DNA from: Octopus vulgaris | Taxonomy: Eukaryota | Reading direction: 5' to 3' | Assembly (NCBI GenBank): GCA_951406725.2 | Contig: OX597816.1 | Location: forward strand, 26,040,001 to 26,104,000 | Length of the DNA: 64,000 nt | In this document: positions 53,388 through 64,000 of the stretch, in pieces | How the letters are laid out: each line of letters opens with the position of its first letter | How positions within the stretch are numbered: the stretch's first letter is position 1 | The notes under the pieces: generated by a model | Told to the model about the DNA's origin: nothing | Databases searched by the model: none | The model's input: only the letters and a program-made list of their open reading frames with translations | Made by a program: the position numbers and the translations under genes

Positions 53388-53803
53388 CAGGAGTGGCTGT
53401 GTGGTAAGTAGCTTGCCTACCAACCACATGGTTCTGGGTTCAGTCCCACTGCGTGGCATCTTGGGCAAGTGTCTTCCGCTATAGCCTCAGGCAGACCAAT
53501 GCCTTGTGAGTGGATTTGGTAGACGGAAACTGAAAGAAGCCTGTCGTATATATGTATATATATGTATGTATGTGTATGTATATGTTTGTGTGTCTGTGTT
53601 TGTCCCTCTAGCATTGCTTGACAACCGATGCTGGTGTGTTTACGTCCCCGTCACTTAGCGGTTCGGCAAAAAGAGACCGATAGAATAAGTACTGGGCTTA
53701 CAAAGAATAAGTCCCGGGGTCGATTTGCTCGACTAAAAGGCGGTGCTCCAGCATGGCCGCAGTCAAATGACTGAAACAAGTAAAAGAGTAAAAGAGTAAG
53801 AGT
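53388..53803 (+). mobile_element. SINE type B
   Basis: Matches the consensus; (GTAAAAGA)n tail. Confidence 0.88.
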
Positions 53804-54024
53804 ATGTGTATGTCGGGGCAGAAGAGAAACAGAATATTTCAGGTTTGTCCCGTCGTCTCAGATTCCTCAGATTCTTTAAAGCATCTTTAAAGTACAATAA
53901 AGGATGGATAATGATAATAAAGGACAAATTATAACTAACTACTAATTTATAAAGGAAGATGTGTTGACTACTAAACCGATCTTATACTCAACCCATTAAA
54001 TCACTTAGTCATAAACAAACTTTA

Positions 54025-54420
54025 AGTGGCTGCGTGGTAAGTAGCTTGCTAACCAACCACATGGTTCCGGGTTCAGTCCCATTGCGTGGCATCTTGGACA
54101 AGTGTCTTCTGCTAGAGCCTTGGGCCGACCAATGCCTTGTGAGTGGATTTGGTAGACCGAAACTGAAAAGAAGCCTGTCGTATATATGTATGTATATGTA
54201 TATAATGTGTGTGTGTGTGTGTATCTGTGTTTGTCACTTCAACATCGCTTGACAACCGATGCTGGTGTGTTTACGTCCCCGTAACCTAGTGGTTCGGCAA
54301 AAGAGACCGATAGAATAAGTACTGGGCTTATAAAGAATAAGTCCCGGTGTCGATTTGTTCGACTAAAGGCGGTGCTCCAGCATGGCCGCAGTCAAATGAC
54401 TGAAACAAGTAAAAAAAAAA
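54025..54420 (+). mobile_element. SINE type B
   Basis: Matches the consensus; A-rich tail. Confidence 0.87.
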
Positions 54421-54439
54421 AAAAAAAAAAAGATTATTG

Positions 54440-54947
54440 TAATCCGAAAAAAAATAAGTAATCCGGCACTAATTTCGGTTAGAAAAATTTCAAATATTTT
54501 CAAATTTCCCGGTTCGCCGCACCAACTCTCCGCTACGATTTGTTGGCGCTACTTGCTACATAAACACATTCGCATCATTTGTAAACAAATGCAGGCCTTT
54601 CCATTTTTAAAATTTATTTTTATATCCACTTCCCATGCATAAAGGAAATGATTCTCATGGCGTAAATTGTAAACACCTTACATTATTCATAAAAGAAAAA
54701 GTTGAACTGTTGAAAAACCTTGACAGCGGTGTATCTGTGGAAAGATTGTGTGAATTATGCAACGTTGGATCTTCGGCAATTTACGATAAGCCACTACACA
54801 CATTTTTTTCTCTCCTTGTTTTTTTCTGTGTCCCTTTCTGCAGAAGAGCGTAGACATTTTCATATTCCTAAGCGTTATACTAATACATCTGTTTGTTTTG
54901 TACACCACCTGTCTTCGTCTTTTGTTTTTTCGTGAACTCTCTGCCCC

Positions 54948-55017
<70 letters not shown>

Positions 55018-55066
55018 TATACATATATATATACACACATATATATATATATATACACATATATAT

Positions 55067-55157
<91 letters not shown>

Positions 55158-55285
55158 GGAAGACCAGTTAATCCATTTCTATGCTAACAGTGAGTCAAAG
55201 AAACATTCGATAATCGATAATCCGGCAATATCATATATATATCCGGCTCGGTAGTTAACCATATCATATACGATTATATCGAATT
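54440..55285 (+). mobile_element. Pogo/Tigger-like transposon remnant, interrupted by another repeat and (TA)n
   Basis: [39 protein letters not shown] resembles the CENP-B/pogo N-terminal HTH; TAATCCG subterminal motifs. Confidence 0.65.
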
Positions 55286-56140
55286 TGAGCCTCAAATCTG
55301 AACCCGTTAAATTGTATTCTGGACCTTGCCTCCGTTTTTATAGCATTGACGATTGGCAAATGTTATTTTATAAGGATCTGCATTTTTAATGCAAACGCCT
55401 TTCTCTCAGTTATAGGAAATTAATCGCCGGAAATGATATTTGGCTTTAATATTTACTGAGATGATTACCTTATTTATTTCATTGTTTTCATTCACGTGAA
55501 TAACACTGATATCAAATTAATAGATTATGCTTGCTCGAGTTACATGTTTACGTCAGAAAAATTCTTATTTCCTCTAGTCGATATTTTTCTCGTTCTTTTT
55601 CGATAATGTGATGACTAATAAATTAATCAGCGTATCCCAACCAGAAATACGAAAATTCGCTTGTGAATTAGTTGTTATATTAGCTCTGTTTTAAGGAAAC
55701 CAGATACGGCCGTGTAATTGTATATCAAATCGACTTCCGTTAGAAAGATTTTATGGAATGGATTGCAGAGAAATGTTTCAGCAAATTTATAATTAATGAA
55801 CGCTTTATTTAAAACTGAAAAACAGAAATTCGAATTAAATTTCTGTAAGATGCAACGCTTTCCATCCGTTTCGTGGCGTTAAACAGAAAACATACTGAAG
55901 CTCTGGAAGTCATTAGACATAACTAAGTGAACTAAGTCACTTAGGATTTAATACAATATTCACAGCTACGAACAAGTGTTTGGTATGCATCTAGACTAAA
56001 TGATGCAGAAATCAGTAAATTAATACCTTAATCGCTCCGTCTTTCCAAATGAAAATTATCTTTGTTAAACGTCAAGAAAATATTTGCGTCAACACGATGG
56101 TTGTGACTTTTCAAGTTTTCAAATCTTTCTCTCTCTCTCC

Positions 56141-56184
<44 letters not shown>

Positions 56185-56436
56185 TTTCTGGCCCCTTTCT
56201 CACGTTCAAACATACATATGTACATATATACACATTGACATACACTCATACACATGCATATACCGTGTATATATACATATACATATATATATATATATGT
56301 ACATATGTAAATATATATATGTGTGTATATATATATATACATATATACATTCATATATCTATATATGTATATATATATAGAGAGAGAGAGAGAGATTTAT
56401 TATCGTTATATATATATATATATATACATATATACA

Positions 56437-56512
<76 letters not shown>

Positions 56513-56706
56513 TCTGTGTGTGTGTATGTATGTGTAATGAATTAGTTTAAGGAAAATAGAGATTATCGATGCTTTTTTATTCAGTCATTTATGTTCTATC
56601 ACTTTTCACCTTCGTAACGTTTCCACCGCTATCAAGGTGCATCTTCCGCATCTTTTAGTGCATTATGGTGCTACAATCCAGCAAGGGCTTCATCAGGGCA
56701 TTTTGA

Positions 56707-56790
<84 letters not shown>

Positions 56791-56831
56791 GGTACTATTA
56801 TTCATAGGTACCGCACCAAATAAATAAATAA

Positions 56832-56879
<48 letters not shown>

Positions 56880-56883
56880 TTTT

Positions 56884-57246
56884 TGGAAGCACTCCGTCGG
56901 TTACGACGACGAGGGTTCCGGTTGATCCGATCAACGGAACAGCCTGCTCGTGAAATTAACGTGTAAGTGGCTGAGCACTCCACAGACACGTGTACTCTTA
57001 ACGTAGTTCTCGGGGATATTCAGCGTGACACAAGAGAGTGACAGGCACAACAGAAACAGGAAGTAAGAGTGAGAGAAAGTTGTGGCGAAAGAGTAAAGCA
57101 GGGATCACCACCATCCCTGCCGGAGCCTCGTGGAGCTTTAGGTGTTTTCGCTCAATAAACACTCACAACGGCCGGTCTGGGAATCGAAACCGCGATTCTA
57201 CGACTGCGAGTCCGCTGCCCTAACCACTGGGCCATTGCGCCTCCAC
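56884..57246 (-). mobile_element. Chimeric SINE: type C head with type D tail
   Basis: Same architecture as 26086-26471. Confidence 0.85.
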
Positions 57247-57288
57247 TGTATGTATGTATGTATGTATGTATGTATGTATGTATGTATG

Positions 57289-57371
<83 letters not shown>

Positions 57372-58039
57372 GTGGCAATTGAAAGACGGAAGATAGAATA
57401 TACAAGAGTTTATTATTAATCACGACAATGACAATGGTTTCGACACATCTAGCACTGATTCCTCATAGGTGGGGCACTCAATTTATATCGCCAGGTGATA
57501 AACAGACCTCGTCAAAATAAAACATCCGCAATGTAACTTCCCGTTTTGTAGAAAGTAAAGCAGCCAGAGGGAGGAAATATCTTCATTTATATAGAAGATC
57601 AAAAATAAAATCACAGATGGCAAAAGAGAAACGAACACGCAATCCAGCGAGAAAAGTATATACACAGTTTGACGAAGGAGAGTAAGCCGAGGTTTGAAGT
57701 CAATGTCCACGTAAAAGTTTAATAAACATGTACTTCATAGAATGCATTGAGTTTGATATTGATTTCAATTTTTGGCACAAGGCCATTGATTTTCGGGGCA
57801 GCAGATAAGTCGATTATATAGCCCCATCCCTGAGATAAATTGGTACTTATTTTGCCGACCCAGACTGGATGAAGAGGGAAAGTCGACCTCGAAGGCATTT
57901 AAACTCGGAATGTAAAGTTGGAAGATATGCCACTCAGCATTTTTTCCATGTCGGTAACAATTTTGCCACTTCACCACTTTCCTTTAGTTTAATATTAAAT
58001 TGTATTTATATATATAATTCGAAATATAAAAACGTGTAT

Positions 58040-59700
58040 ATATATATACACAACACACATATATATATATATACATACATACATACATATATATATATCA
58101 CACCTACACTCCCACACACATACATACGCACCTACATACACACACGCACGCATACACACGCACACACACACACACACACATACATTACACACGTACACAC
58201 ACACCTACATACACATGCATACACACACACACACAAACATGCACGGACACACCCAGACATACAAACATACACCCACACACCTACATACACACACATACAC
58301 GGACACACCCATACATACTTACATACATACACCTATACACACACGCCTACACACCTACATACACACACATGCATACACACACACACATGTACGCACATAC
58401 ACACACATATACGCACATACATATATACCCACACACATGCACACACACACACATACGCACATGCATGCATGCATGCACACGCGCACACCTACACGCATAC
58501 ACACACACACGCACGTACACATACATACATACACACACACATACATACACACTCACACATACATACACACACACACACTCACTCACACACCTGTATGTAC
58601 GCGCACACACATGCACATACACACACTTCCACACACCCACACGTACATACATACATACTCATACACATACACACACACACACACACGGACATACATCTAT
58701 GCACACACATATATACACACATACTCACATACATTCATCGGACACACTGACACCCAGACATACACACAGACACACTCACACATCCACACACATACATACT
58801 TACGCACACACTCGCAGGCGCGCGCACATACGCGCTTGCCCTGGTTCGCGCACGCATACGCGCATGCATGCACCTCGCTCTTGGACCCGACGAGACCTCC
58901 CGCTCGTTCCTGGGACCGTCGCCTGTCGTTGGGTTCTCCCACGCCCGTCTCCGCGGGGCCACTCTTCCATCTTCCCCTCAGCTGGAGTCCTTTTTCCTTA
59001 TAACCCCCCCTTTTTGTTACACACACGCGCACACATACATACACCCACTCACACACACACATTGCTTAAATATATACATTACTCTTACACACACTTCAAA
59101 TCTACTCGCCATTAATACAACCACGACACTGGACACACACACACACTACTACTCAACACACGCTGGCACGTTACATACGCCCCCACCCCTTCCCCTCCCT
59201 CCCTTCCTCCTTCCTTCATTTTCTTACTACTGACCACTGTCTGCTGCCTACTACTGTTCGCCCTACCTCACACGCCTACACACAGACGCACACACTAACA
59301 TATACATATATTTTTTGTTTTTTTATCTCGCCTCACACACACATACACACACGCACACGCACACACACACACATACACATACATCTGTTGCGTTACCAAC
59401 CCTGTCTCCACTCTTTTGGCTTTAAAAACCTACTTTGCTCTTGTTATCGTAAACTTCCGCCTTTCACCATGTGTACTTCGTAAACACCAGTCGTTTTTTT
59501 TTTCTCCATCTCTTGTTGCCCACTTTGGGATCTTTCTTTCCTCTCTCTTCCTTCTTTATGTTTCCGACGAAGAGCTCCGCTCGAAACGTCATACCTTCCT
59601 GCTTCCATATTTCCTGAGCGCCTATTAATAATAATACTGTAATTGTTCCACGTGTTGTTGTTTTTTTGTTTTCCCGTTTGGATTAAAATTATACATACAT
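58040..59700 (+). mobile_element. CA-rich low-complexity block, GC-rich island and hammerhead-bearing terminus; probable non-autonomous Penelope-like element
   Basis: Bounded by TA-rich tracts; hammerhead-like motif at 59560-59594. Confidence 0.45.
59560..59594 (+). ncRNA. Minimal hammerhead-like motif (U4C variant, palindromic ACGT helix III)
   Basis: GTTT-CCGACGA-A-GAGC(TCC)GCTC-GAA-ACGT-C|ATAC. Confidence 0.6.
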
Positions 59701-59719
59701 ATATATTTATATATGCATG

Positions 59720-59753
<34 letters not shown>

Positions 59754-59962
59754 CATACATATATATGTATATATATGCGTATGTATATATACATATGTGT
59801 TTATGTATATATATATGTATATATATATACATATATACATATATATATGTATATATATACATACATATATACATATATATATATGTATATATATGTGTGT
59901 ATGTATACATATTTGTGTATACATATATGTTTATGCATATAGATAGATAGATACATACATAC

Positions 59963-60005
<43 letters not shown>

Positions 60006-60014
60006 AATACATAA

Positions 60015-60053
<39 letters not shown>

Positions 60054-60784
60054 GACCAAATAGTGGTAACTGCTGCAAAATTTCGAGAATACCATTTAAT
60101 TTGATTATAATTACAACATTTCAGGTCTTGAAAACATAGAACTACGCTGACAGAAAAAAATTGTCAACATAGTTAAAATTGACATGAGTGACAGTGGTAG
60201 ATAAATTTATTGAAGAAGTAAGAAAGCAAGAAAGTACGACGTAAAATTAGTGAAGAAATAAATACACGAGAGAAGCTGTAGATAGAATAAGAAACCGAGA
60301 CAGGGTTGTTTACAACATGAGATCAGCTAAAGTTTCCGAAAGAAGGAATACAGATTTATGAACAACGAAGCATTACAGTTGTGCACTGCTAACTTTACAT
60401 AGCTATAATTATCTAAAATTTATTACGTCGTGAAACAGTGCTCGAGTAATTTATTGTATTGAATATAATGTCTTTTAAGATATTTTCTCGCTTGCTAGAT
60501 ATTTCCCCCGCGAGTTAATGTTTGTATAATTGTCTGTGGTTCTTAGTAGTTCTACTGTGTTAATGTTCCTATAATCGTTTATATTCTTAGTAATCATTTC
60601 ACTGGTTTAATGAGCGTTTAATCGTGTATATTCTTAGTATTGGTTTCAGTGTCAAAAGTTATATAATCGGTTTAGTTTAGGATATTAACATATTTTTATA
60701 ATTCAATATAGTTAACTACTATTCCTCATGTTATTCAGCGTCTATATTTACTTAACTAAGCTTGTGTGTGTTTGTGCGTATGTG

Positions 60785-60853
<69 letters not shown>

Positions 60854-60858
60854 TTATA

Positions 60859-60918
<60 letters not shown>

Positions 60919-60941
60919 CATGCATATATATATATATATAT

Positions 60942-60982
<41 letters not shown>

Positions 60983-61100
60983 CACATTCGCATATATGCA
61001 TACATATATATACCCATACACATTCACATATATACATATATATACATATATATATATATCCACACATACAAACATATATACACACATACATACACATAGA

Positions 61101-61133
<33 letters not shown>

Positions 61134-61255
61134 GCACATGCATTTTTTGAGGCAGCACTTTACACAAAATATTAGCCTACATCACAATAAGCCCCATCCC
61201 ATAGTTCCACAGAATGTTAAAATTAACAATGGAAGCTTTACTAATTAGCAAAACA

Positions 61256-63530
<2,275 letters not shown>

Positions 63531-64000
63531 GACTTTGCCTTTCATCCTTTCGGGGTCGATAAATTAAGTACCAGTTACGCACTGGGGTCGAGATAATCAA
63601 TTTAATCCGTCTGTCTGTCCTTGTTTGTCCTCTCTGTGTTTAGCCCCTTGTGGGTAGTAAAGAAATAGAAATAGGTATTTCGTCTGCCGTTACGTTCTGA
63701 GTTCAAATTCCGCCAAGGTCAACTTCGTCTTTCATCCTTTCAATAGATTAAGTACCAGTAACGCCTTGGGGTCGATATAATCAACTTCATTCGTTTGTCT
63801 GTCCTTGCTTGTCCCCTCTGTGTTCAGCCCCTTGTGGGTAGTAAAGAAATAGGTATTTCGTCGGTCTTTACGTTCTGAGTTCAAATTCCGCCGAGGTCGA
63901 CTTTTCCTTTCATCCTTTCGGGGTCGATAAATTAAGTACCAGTTACACAGTGGGGTCGATATAATCGACTTAATCCGGTTGTTTGTCCTTGTTTGTCCTC

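Overview
Eukaryotic, AT-rich, extremely repeat-dense window. The microsatellite load and the tRNA-derived SINE families look like an octopod cephalopod genome (Octopus sp.); this is inferred from pattern recall, not from a database search. Almost all ORFs in the supplied track are microsatellite or SINE artefacts. Supported content: (1) about 40 copies or fragments of four modular tRNA-derived SINE types, one of which recurs as head-to-tail ~185-bp multimers with a fixed junction; (2) a young 5'-truncated L1/Tx1-clade LINE (464-codon RT + zinc-knuckle ORF) plus three 3'-UTR copies, with 3 of the 4 copies embedded in (GATA)n tracts; (3) several short elements beside (TA)n tracts that carry hammerhead-ribozyme-like folds typical of Penelope-like element termini, with variant catalytic cores; (4) a near-intact tRNA-Leu(TAA) inside a composite repeat; (5) mariner/Tc1/pogo MITEs and remnants, and decayed LINE RT/endonuclease pieces; (6) a ~1.15-kb tandem duplication near the right end; (7) a speculative three-exon 45-aa small ORF downstream of an ETS-CRE motif. 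Coordinates were read by eye and may be off by a few bases.
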